This document shows, piece by piece, positions 42,928-50,432 of a stretch of 64,000 nt of DNA (position 1 is its first letter; every line of letters starts with the position of its first letter). Origin of the DNA: a virus. The notes beneath the pieces are model-generated. The model was not told the DNA's origin and did not search any database. It saw nothing but the letters and a program-made list of their open reading frames with translations. The DNA is taken from positions 29,236-93,235 of the IMG/VR virus record IMGVR_UViG_3300030002_000003; one strand, 5' to 3'. Position numbers and translations under genes: made by a program.

Positions 42928-43001
42928 TGATTCCTAAAGGATTCAAACCTTTAACCGCTGCCTTAGAAAGACAATGCTCTATTCGGTTGAGCTAAGGAAC
43001 C
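42928..43001 (-). tRNA. tRNA-Arg(UCU)
   Basis: GGTTCCT-TA-GCTC AACCGAATA GAGC-A-TTGTC TT TCT AA GGCAG-CGGTT-AAAGG TTTGAAT CCTTT-AGGAATC-A; CCA not encoded. Confidence 0.9.
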
Positions 43002-43040
43002 ATTACCTGCGTTGAAGAGTCGCAGCCCTCTCGTTTCGGT

Positions 43041-43364
43041 TTAGGCGGCTTTTTCTTCTTTCTCAACAATATAAGCTTGATTTGACTTTGCGTTCGCTGA
43101 TCTCAACTTTGCCAAATCTCTGTTGAGTTTTTTGTTTTTTCCTACTTTCGTTGCTGATAATTTAGCTTTCGCTATAATTGCCTTTTTAGTTGCTTTCAAT
43201 AAAGCTACTGTTTCTTTGTCGATTGGGCGTATTCCTGCCTTTTTTACTCCTTTTTTTGCTGCTCGTTGAGCATGAGTTGAACTAACCTGATGTTTATCGT
43301 TAGCTATCATTGTTACAATGTTTGCTACTCTTCTCATTGCCCTTTTGCATTTCACTTTTCCCAT
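43041..43364 (-). CDS. Small Lys/Ala-rich basic protein
   Basis: Highly basic 107-aa ORF, possibly nucleic-acid binding; ends in AA. Confidence 0.65.
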   Translation of the reverse strand: MGKVKCKRAMRRVANIVTMIANDKHQVSSTHAQRAAKKGVKKAGIRPIDKETVALLKATKKAIIAKAKLSATKVGKNKKLNRDLAKLRSANAKSNQAYIVEKEEKAA

Positions 43365-43378
43365 TTTGATAATTGGTT

Positions 43379-43942
43379 TTATTTTTGTTTAATTAATAGT
43401 TCAATTTCTGCTCTTTGCTTCTCTCTTTTCTCAACTATTTGGTCCCATGATATTGGTATACCGTCTAATTGATCCCAACTAACACATGTGTAGTTTAAGT
43501 CTGGATATTCTGTTGCAATATATCCACCTGGTTGATATCTCCAAGCTTTTATGGTCTCTAAGTGAGTATGCGCATGAATATTAAATGCAAACCTATGTAC
43601 TTCCTGCGTATGCATTGGAAAGTGAGTTACCATTGCTCCATGATATTTCATTGCTCCAACAATAGATTCTACGTATTTAAGTAGTTCTGCTGAATGTTGT
43701 TTTAAATCATGATTTCCGCTTATGGATACCTTTCTCCCTAGTATTCTATCTAATAGATAATAATACTTTGAATTTTCCATAGTTGTGTCTCCTACTAGAT
43801 ATAATAATGAACGTTTATGTAATACTGAATTAAGTCTCCTTATTACTTCTTCGTTATATACATTTATATCATCAAATCCGCGTAATTTTGCAATTGCTGG
43901 ATGTCCTAAGTGTAAGTCTCCAATGAATCCTACGTCAATCAT
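43379..43942 (-). CDS. Calcineurin-like metallophosphoesterase
   Basis: DLHLGH, VGD, GNHD, THFP and HAHTH motifs. Confidence 0.88.
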   Translation of the reverse strand: MIDVGFIGDLHLGHPAIAKLRGFDDINVYNEEVIRRLNSVLHKRSLLYLVGDTTMENSKYYYLLDRILGRKVSISGNHDLKQHSAELLKYVESIVGAMKYHGAMVTHFPMHTQEVHRFAFNIHAHTHLETIKAWRYQPGGYIATEYPDLNYTCVSWDQLDGIPISWDQIVEKREKQRAEIELLIKQK

Positions 43943-44063
43943 TCCTGAAGAACCTCCATTTCACTTTTGCTTTTTGTTTCCAATTGTGGAATATTATGTA
44001 ATTTGGATCGTCTAGTATTGCTGTGGATGATTGTATCTTCCTTTCTATTACTTTCTTTGGCAT
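43935..44063 (-). CDS. Small hypothetical protein (42 aa)
   Basis: MPKKVIERK...RND fills the gap and is coupled to both neighbours. Confidence 0.5.
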   Translation of the reverse strand: MPKKVIERKIQSSTAILDDPNYIIFHNWKQKAKVKWRFFRND

Positions 44064-44064
44064 A

Positions 44065-44580
44065 CTAAAAAGGTAGATCAGATTCTTGACTAATGCACAA
44101 CTCTTGCCATTCACATTGCTTCATATCAATCAAATCAGAGCCTCTATCAATCATCAGATCAAATATCATTCGCTTTTCTTTTGGTTTTATTCCATTCAGC
44201 ATATTGCTTGCTATTTTTGAGTATACTTTTAGATTTGCCGTTGATATTTTATTTGGCCTAACTTCAATTAATTTTCCTATAAACCAATTATATGCCAGAA
44301 TATGCTTGGAATCATATGCTAATGTTTTCATCCATAGCGTAATATATTCAAGATTTTCCATTGGCTTTATATCTCCATTGAATCTATAAATATTTTTATT
44401 TCCGCTTAATGATATAGCTTGTTTGCCGCCCATTGAATTTATCCAATATTTTGAAACTGGTTGATTTGTTTCAAGTATTAGTGCATTTGCATACTCGTTG
44501 AATGACTTGAATAGGAATTCTATCTTTTTACCAAAGGCTGCTAATGTTATTATTGACCCTTTTTCTATTTTTTCATACAC
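44065..44580 (-). CDS. Hypothetical protein
   Basis: 171-aa ORF with a GTG start and DLPF C-terminus. Confidence 0.65.
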   Translation of the reverse strand: MYEKIEKGSIITLAAFGKKIEFLFKSFNEYANALILETNQPVSKYWINSMGGKQAISLSGNKNIYRFNGDIKPMENLEYITLWMKTLAYDSKHILAYNWFIGKLIEVRPNKISTANLKVYSKIASNMLNGIKPKEKRMIFDLMIDRGSDLIDMKQCEWQELCISQESDLPF

Positions 44581-44612
44581 GATTAAATTGATTTTAATTG
44601 TTAATGTTATTT

Positions 44613-44875
44613 TAAAACCCTACCAGGGCTAATTGAATAGACGTGCGGCTCTCGCTCACGACCTGGTAGGTACGTTCTAAATTATGCAGACATTAAGCCT
44701 ACGTAATTGTTGATTTGGATTGTGTTGTTGCCAGTTAATTAGCGTGTGCAGTCCTATCTGGTTCATCTTATGCCGCTGTCAAATCCAGGCAGCCCCTTAT
44801 GGTTTTTTATAAGGAGTGGAGCTGGAGGGGATCGAACCCTCGTCCAAACGGCGAATCCGCAGCCTACGGGCCGTA
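44613..44875 (-). ncRNA. ssrA: Circularly permuted (two-piece) tmRNA gene
   Basis: Acceptor piece GCCGTTTGGAC GAGGG TTCGATC CCCTC CAGCTCC A (ends 44817) precedes a 20-nt spacer and the coding piece starting GGGGCTGCCTGGATTTGACAGCGGC (44796); G3-U70 pair; tag frame 44732-44682 reads GNNTIQINNYVGLMSA*. Outer ends are approximate. Confidence 0.88.
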
Positions 44876-45358
44876 CTATTTTACTATTTCTATGTAGAAA
44901 TTAGCATTAATGTCTGTTGTTAGGAATCTATGCACTTGCAATGACGGTAATAATCTTACCTCCATTATTTTGTGCTCTAGTGAAAAACCTGTCAATTCAA
45001 CACGTTTCCCCCATAGACTCTGTCTGCTTTCCATTGTTGGTCCGATTAGCATATCGTAAAGTTCCTTTTCAACACTTCCTCCTCGTCTTTTAGACAAATG
45101 AATATGTACTGACTTTACTCTGTTTAGCCTCTTTTCCAACAATATTAAGTTGATTCTTAATAATCTTTCTTGTTGAGATAATCCTCTAAGAGAGACTCTG
45201 GTACCTGGATTGCATGAATCCCAGTTTGCATCTACGAAGCTACTTATCGTTTCTTCTTGTAAATGCAGCATTAGCGGCCTTATAGCGGCTATTGCGTCTT
45301 GTTTGTTATCTGCTTCACCGATCAAAGTGATGGCGATCTGTTTTTGATCTTTTGTCAT
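44876..45358 (-). CDS. Hypothetical protein
   Basis: 160-aa ORF whose stop abuts the tmRNA acceptor piece. Confidence 0.65.
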   Translation of the reverse strand: MTKDQKQIAITLIGEADNKQDAIAAIRPLMLHLQEETISSFVDANWDSCNPGTRVSLRGLSQQERLLRINLILLEKRLNRVKSVHIHLSKRRGGSVEKELYDMLIGPTMESRQSLWGKRVELTGFSLEHKIMEVRLLPSLQVHRFLTTDINANFYIEIVK

Positions 45359-45390
45359 TTTTATTATTGATTAATAAATTGATTTAACGT

Positions 45391-45440
45391 AAAAAAGGGA
45401 TAGATGTCGCACGAATATCACGCTTTATATCTATCCCCTT
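45391..45440 (-). terminator. Intrinsic terminator
   Basis: GGGATAGATAT...ACATCTATCCC stem followed by T6 on the minus strand. Confidence 0.65.
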
Positions 45441-45481
45441 TAGGCTGCCTGGTTAGGCGGCTCCACCAACTGGCGAGTCGG

Positions 45482-45595
45482 TTATATTCTTTGTTTAGAT
45501 TTGTTATACGGCTCCATTTTGCGTTTTGAACGCTCAATCACTTCTCCATTCATTTTGGCTTCTACTTTCCGTTGATCTTTTAATGTTTTACTCAT
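45482..45595 (-). CDS. Small basic protein (37 aa)
   Basis: MSKTLKDQRKVEAKMNGEVIERSKRKMEPYNKSKQRI with an A-rich leader; below the ORF-track cutoff. Confidence 0.6.
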   Translation of the reverse strand: MSKTLKDQRKVEAKMNGEVIERSKRKMEPYNKSKQRI

Positions 45596-45692
45596 TTGAT
45601 ATGAATTTAAAATTGTTAGACGTTTTGTTTTAAAAGAGTTAGCCTATATCCACTCTTAAAGGTATCTGATATATCCCTATCAGTTGAGCTAG

Positions 45693-45774
45693 TGCCGTTT
45701 TTGGGATTCGAACCCGTCAATCCATTGCTGGTTTCCAGAGCCTTAATAGGGCTATCATCCTATTAAGTAACGGC
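45693..45774 (-). ncRNA. tRNA-like RNA with aberrant D and anticodon arms
   Basis: GCCGTT/AACGGC-A-CTA acceptor; GGG TTCGAAT CCC T arm; 9-bp CTTAATAGG/CCTATTAAG hairpin. Confidence 0.55.
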
Positions 45775-45891
45775 TTATATTTAAAATGGTACTAACAGCT
45801 AGTTCGTTTCCTACTTAAGCTGCGTTCCCATTTATGGCTAGTAATTTTGAATGGCAAAATAATAATTAACTAGCCGTTATATTGTTAAAAG

Positions 45892-45962
45892 TAGCCCCGC
45901 GTGGAATCAAACCACATTTACCGCGCTGAAAGTGCGATGTCCTATCAGTAGACGACAGGGCC
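45892..45962 (-). tRNA. tRNA-Glu(UUC)
   Basis: GGCCCTG-TC-GTC TACTGATAG GAC-A-TCGCA CT TTC AG CGCGG-TAAA-TGTGG TTTGATT CCACG-CGGGGCT-A; one A31-C39 mismatch. Confidence 0.82.
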
Positions 45963-46095
45963 ATTTGACTATAAATAGTCATTGTTTAATTCAGGCAATA
46001 ATAATCCTCTCGTTGTAGACTGGTCAGATTATAATAACTATGATAACATATCAGTCCATTATTAGTTCTCCTCTTGAGAGTGACAGCCGTTTTTA

Positions 46096-46398
46096 TTATT
46101 TATTACCTGTAAATTTTTTTGAGATTTCATACCAGTACGGGTATCCATCTTTAGTTTCCTCCCAGCTAAATGATTTTACGATAAATTCGTTCCAATCTTT
46201 TTGCTTGTTGAGTATTGCTGCCGAGTCAATGTTTCTATGAGTATTTCTATCTACCCCTTTTAGGTGTAGCTTTAATTCTCTTGGCAGTAATAATTTCCGC
46301 GAAACATAACTTTTCATTTCTTTTACGAACTTTGATTTGATTCTCAGCCTTTTAAGCTTAAGCTCAAACTCTGGTTTAAATTGTATTTCAATTCCCAT
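46096..46398 (-). CDS. Small protein, FxW...GxxYW paralogue family
   Basis: KPEFELKLKRL...SFSWEETKDGYPYW. Confidence 0.7.
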   Translation of the reverse strand: MGIEIQFKPEFELKLKRLRIKSKFVKEMKSYVSRKLLLPRELKLHLKGVDRNTHRNIDSAAILNKQKDWNEFIVKSFSWEETKDGYPYWYEISKKFTGNK

Positions 46399-46424
46399 TT
46401 TGATAATGATTTAATTGTTAATAA

Positions 46425-47715
46425 TAGGTCCCAGCAACTCAATCAAGAGTTGGTCAGCGTTCATGCCTTGACTTCTGCTGGGCAGTAATCTGTTTAACTA
46501 GTATTTTTGGTATTGATCTTTGGTGTTCCTGACCTAAGTCCTTGTTATCCACGTGATTCAAATATCCTAACTATGCGAGATTACTAATGTGCCCGGCTGT
46601 CTATAAAACCTTACCCGTCTAAAACGGTAATGGGAGTTATAACGGTAATGGCAGTGTCCTTCGGATACCATTGCGTGCATTTCACTTACAAATACTACTT
46701 CGTGGCCCTCTGGCTCACTCCACTTCTAAACCTCTATCCATATCTGTAATAGTCTTCGGGTTAATTCTTTCTATCTGCCGTCGCCTTAAGATAGCTATAA
46801 TCTTCTTTCCAGCATTTCACTGAGCTTAGATTAGCGTTGTTTTCTCGGTTTTTATCTGAATTACACAGCATCCAATACTATCGTATTACCGAAAAGGGTT
46901 TACGCATTAATTCAATAATGTTACGTAACATAGATTCTTAATCAATCATCAGCTTACTGCACTTCATTTAGCTGCAACCATTCTATTCATTTCTCTTATT
47001 TGCATTCAATGCTTCTAAGTAGTTGAATAGGTTTTGGTGCCTTCACGCATATGCACCGCGCCTCAAAATTATTACGACTCCATTTCTGGTCCACGTATTT
47101 GAGTGCGAATTTCGTTAATCTTTTCTAATCAACTAATTATTATATAATATCCGTCTACATAACCCAAGTTCGATAATTGACTTATTCCCTACGCTGTAGG
47201 TTCAACTCCTTTCTCTCCCTGTTCACTGGTTCGGTTTGCATCATACTTCCATAGATATTATAAATAACTAGTAATTAACATGAGAATTTCTTCTAAATCC
47301 TTATCAATCGATAATATATAATACTTACTCTTCGTCTCACGACGTCTGGCTGAAGTATAGTACCAGAATATATGTAAAACGTTTGCCCATCCATGTTCTG
47401 TTTTAAGTATTTTATCTTTTACTTACATTGGTTAAGACCACTCTCCGCCTTGCTAGCTCAGCTTACTGTTTTTATTCAGCATCTGCCTCGACATTTTTCT
47501 ATGGGTTTCTCGATTTGCATGCAGCTAGGTGTACATGCCTATTTTCATGATCCATGAATCACTTCTCCGATAACTTATTTTGGTCTGTGTAAAAAATACC
47601 TCTTAATCAGTCTGCCCTTTGGAAGCAGATGCGACATGTTAACAAAAGACACTAACTCACGCTTTCTCCTACTTGTGGTCTGGATACTAAACAATATGGT
47701 TAAATGCCTTTTTTA
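46425..47715 (-). ncRNA. Candidate large structured non-coding RNA(s), about 1.3 kb
   Basis: No ORF of 60 aa or more on either strand; many hairpins. Confidence 0.45.
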
Positions 47716-47720
47716 TTTTA

Positions 47721-48155
47721 TTATTTATGCTTTTCAATTTGATACACAAAGAACCACGTAATTCCTATTAATAGGAATATATTGAAGCTTGGTGTAAAGT
47801 AGATAAAGAATAGTATTATTGATATCCATGTAGTATTACAATATGGGCATAATCCTAATGGCTTAGCTAATTTTGCAATTAGCTTAATATACCATTTGGC
47901 CGTTATTTCAACGTCGTACCATCCGGCTCCACATGAGTATTTTTCTATTGTTTTCACTACTTCCGACTTATCTACCATTTTTAGTAGCCATATTGCCCAC
48001 CAGTTGAATATCTGCCCTGGTCCCATGAATGCTTGAAAGCATTGTCCAAGCCATGCTACTGCCAATCCAAATAGGAAAAGCAGTAGCATGGCTGAAATGT
48101 CAATCGACTGTAGCATATATGTATGAGGTGGCGTTGCTGAAACGATTTTCGGCAT
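47721..48155 (-). CDS. Membrane protein with CPYC motif (DUF1360-like)
   Basis: Hydrophobic helices and LGLCPYCNTTWIS; the true start may be 48116. Confidence 0.65.
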   Translation of the reverse strand: MPKIVSATPPHTYMLQSIDISAMLLLFLFGLAVAWLGQCFQAFMGPGQIFNWWAIWLLKMVDKSEVVKTIEKYSCGAGWYDVEITAKWYIKLIAKLAKPLGLCPYCNTTWISIILFFIYFTPSFNIFLLIGITWFFVYQIEKHK

Positions 48156-48504
48156 ATTTTGCTTCTGCTTCAGTAAGGCTTCTTATGGCATTGTCTGATA
48201 CCCAGACCGTGCAGCCTGAATTGCAGAAACGGATATTGTTTTTCCTGAAGCCTTTTCCATTTGTTTCCAGTAGCTTTGCAATTGTTTTTGGATAAACGTA
48301 AGAACATCCGCAATCGGATACTTTTTCGTTCAACACAACAATATCGTCTTTTGCCATCTTTTTTGGTTCCGGCACGATTACTGCTAATTCTTTTTCTTTT
48401 GCTTCGATCTTTTCGATCATTTGAGCTAATGTCAATTTCATTGGTAATTCAATACCGATTAATTGTCCTTTTTCTACTAATTGCTTTTTTGTTACTTTTT
48501 TCAT
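48100..48504 (-). CDS. Hypothetical protein
   Basis: 134-aa ORF. Confidence 0.65.
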   Translation of the reverse strand: MKKVTKKQLVEKGQLIGIELPMKLTLAQMIEKIEAKEKELAVIVPEPKKMAKDDIVVLNEKVSDCGCSYVYPKTIAKLLETNGKGFRKNNIRFCNSGCTVWVSDNAIRSLTEAEAKYAENRFSNATSYIYATVD

Positions 48505-48542
48505 TTTTCCTTATTGATTAAAGAGTTTTTGAATTATTTGTT

Positions 48543-48782
48543 TTAACTTGTTCTAAATGGCAAATGCCATCTTTTTTTGGGTTTTTCTTTGTTCTCTAAA
48601 CCCTTTCCAGGACTTTCGATTGGGCGCTCGTCAGCATAATAATGCACATTTGCTGTGAATTCATTTTTGCCGTCGTCTTCAATTATGAAATCTATTCTAC
48701 TTGGTAATTGTCTTGTGGCATAACACCAACCGCATATCTCGTATAATAAGATTATCAATGCTCTATTTTTAAACTGTTTCAC
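48543..48782 (-). CDS. Hypothetical protein
   Basis: 79-aa ORF with a GTG start overlapping the upstream stop. Confidence 0.55.
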   Translation of the reverse strand: MKQFKNRALIILLYEICGWCYATRQLPSRIDFIIEDDGKNEFTANVHYYADERPIESPGKGLENKEKPKKRWHLPFRTS

Positions 48783-48922
48783 GATTGAGTCGTTTCAGGT
48801 TCAAAATATACTTTTTCTGGTACTGGTTTATATATTAATAAATAATATAATAATCCAATGAACAATACTGCTATTGTTGCCCAGATCAATGCTGCTTTTA
48901 AGTAAAACTTTTTGTAGTCCAT
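48779..48922 (-). CDS. Small single-pass membrane protein (47 aa)
   Basis: MDYKKFYLKAALIWATIAVLFIGLLYYLLIYK...; coupled on both sides. Confidence 0.6.
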   Translation of the reverse strand: MDYKKFYLKAALIWATIAVLFIGLLYYLLIYKPVPEKVYFEPETTQS

Positions 48923-49494
48923 TATCGGTTGCATCTACAGTTATTAATTACTGGTATGTCGTAGCTTATTTTAAACTGCATATACATGTCATTGTGTTTA
49001 CTGGTTATTGGGTAATATCCATCCATATAGTTGGTGTTAGTATAAAATATACCAAATTCCAAGTTTACTAATGTATGATAACCAATACCTACGTATTCAG
49101 AGAGGAATAGATTATGACTTGCTAGCTTATCAAATTGATTAGGCTTTAGTCTGAATTCAGAGGCTACTATGTTTCCATTGTAATGAATGCCTACTACTCC
49201 ATATAATCTTCCTGTGTTCATTATGTTTAAGCCCGTGCTTAACATAGCAGTACTATATGAGTACTGTCTTTCGCGTCTTCTTGGATTATCAATACCAGCC
49301 ATCATTGTGAATGATAGTGTTGGTTGAAGTATGAAATAACCTGTATTATGGTTAAACATAGCTATTATTGAAGCTCCAGTTTCATTTCCGGTATCAGTCT
49401 TAGGTGCTACAATAGCTCCACCAAATGATAAATAGCCCTGTGCGTTACAAATGAATGATATGCACAATACTAATAATGTTAGATATCTTTTCAT
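48922..49494 (-). CDS. Secreted outer-membrane beta-barrel-like protein
   Basis: Signal peptide ending CNA-Q; alternating aromatic/Gly strands; final strand YMQFKISYDI. Confidence 0.6.
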   Translation of the reverse strand: MKRYLTLLVLCISFICNAQGYLSFGGAIVAPKTDTGNETGASIIAMFNHNTGYFILQPTLSFTMMAGIDNPRRRERQYSYSTAMLSTGLNIMNTGRLYGVVGIHYNGNIVASEFRLKPNQFDKLASHNLFLSEYVGIGYHTLVNLEFGIFYTNTNYMDGYYPITSKHNDMYMQFKISYDIPVINNCRCNR

Positions 49495-49746
49495 TTATAA
49501 TTGTTGATATATTTTATCCCAATACTCGTAGCCCTCACTTGTTGCGGCCCATCTAAATGCATGCGTTAACATCGTTGACGAGTTTTTTGCATTTTCTGCT
49601 AATTCTCTTTTATGTTCCTTATCTTTTCCTTTTAGCCCCATCCATTTTGGATTTTTACTGTTCTCTACGAATTTGGTTAGACATTTAAGTTTTTTGAGTT
49701 TCTCTTTGAATTCTGGTTTAATTCGTATTGCTTTCCTTTTTGACAT
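49495..49746 (-). CDS. Small protein, FxW...GxxYW paralogue family
   Basis: KPEFKEKLKKL...AFRWAATSEGYEYW. Confidence 0.7.
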   Translation of the reverse strand: MSKRKAIRIKPEFKEKLKKLKCLTKFVENSKNPKWMGLKGKDKEHKRELAENAKNSSTMLTHAFRWAATSEGYEYWDKIYQQL

Positions 49747-50023
49747 ATTTAATTGATTTAAAATACTTGTAAATTGAAAATAATATTGCCAATCCTAATA
49801 GGATTATAGTTCCGTTACCAATAGGTACCGTATTGCATCCGCAATGCTTCCAATAGCCGTAGTCCCAGCCTTTGCCACATACATAACAGTGTGTTAATAC
49901 TGGATTGCATTGTGTTGTTGCCTGAGTATTTGTTGGATTGTATTCTTCAATTGTAGTAATTGTTGATACTTGTTCTGGTTGTGATTGTAGTTCACTGAAT
50001 GGTATATATTCTTTATCTGTCAT
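49718..50023 (-). CDS. Small protein with a C-terminal VPIGNG-TM-basic tail
   Basis: VPIGNGTIILLGLAILFSIYKYFK preceded by CxxC/CxC. Confidence 0.6.
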   Translation of the reverse strand: MTDKEYIPFSELQSQPEQVSTITTIEEYNPTNTQATTQCNPVLTHCYVCGKGWDYGYWKHCGCNTVPIGNGTIILLGLAILFSIYKYFKSIKYVKKESNTN

Positions 50024-50026
50024 GAC

Positions 50027-50272
50027 TTACGGTTTTAGCCAGTTGTTTTGTATAATCCAGCAATGTTCTATCGTTTGAACCACTTTACCTTTTCTTCCCC
50101 ACGCATGCTCTATTGTTGCCTTGTCTTCCATTTGCTTCCAGTCATTCTCCATTTCTTGCGGTATGTCAATTTTTTTATTTCCTATCCATTCTGAGTCTTT
50201 TGATTTAATTCTTCCTATTTTGACTAAGTAGTCAAATGGAAGTAATTGTATTGTTTTCTTTTTCTTTGCCAT
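50027..50272 (-). CDS. Hypothetical protein
   Basis: 81-aa ORF. Confidence 0.6.
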   Translation of the reverse strand: MAKKKKTIQLLPFDYLVKIGRIKSKDSEWIGNKKIDIPQEMENDWKQMEDKATIEHAWGRKGKVVQTIEHCWIIQNNWLKP

Positions 50273-50432
50273 CTTTTGAATGTTATTGATTAATATTCTT
50301 AAATGATTACGTAATTACTAGTCGATAGCTCCAGACTATCGTACACTGTATGCAACATTCTTCTTATGAAAAACTTGAATATCAACTGGTAATGTTTTGA
50401 TTGTATTTATATAGTCGTTAGACTAATATAAC

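Noticed and set aside
42860-45900. HDV-like theta or hammerhead ribozymes next to the tRNAs
   Set aside because: No nested double pseudoknot or CUGANGA/GAAA core seen by eye; a descriptor search would be needed to exclude them.
47325-47350. CGTCGTGAGAC resembling a 23S rRNA or group I intron segment
   Set aside because: Only 11 nt match; no rRNA context, intron core or interrupted gene could be identified.
23419-49071. Plus-strand ORFs within the minus block, including 38870-39140 and 42187-42414
   Set aside because: They oppose the operon direction, mostly use non-ATG starts and lack protein-like features.
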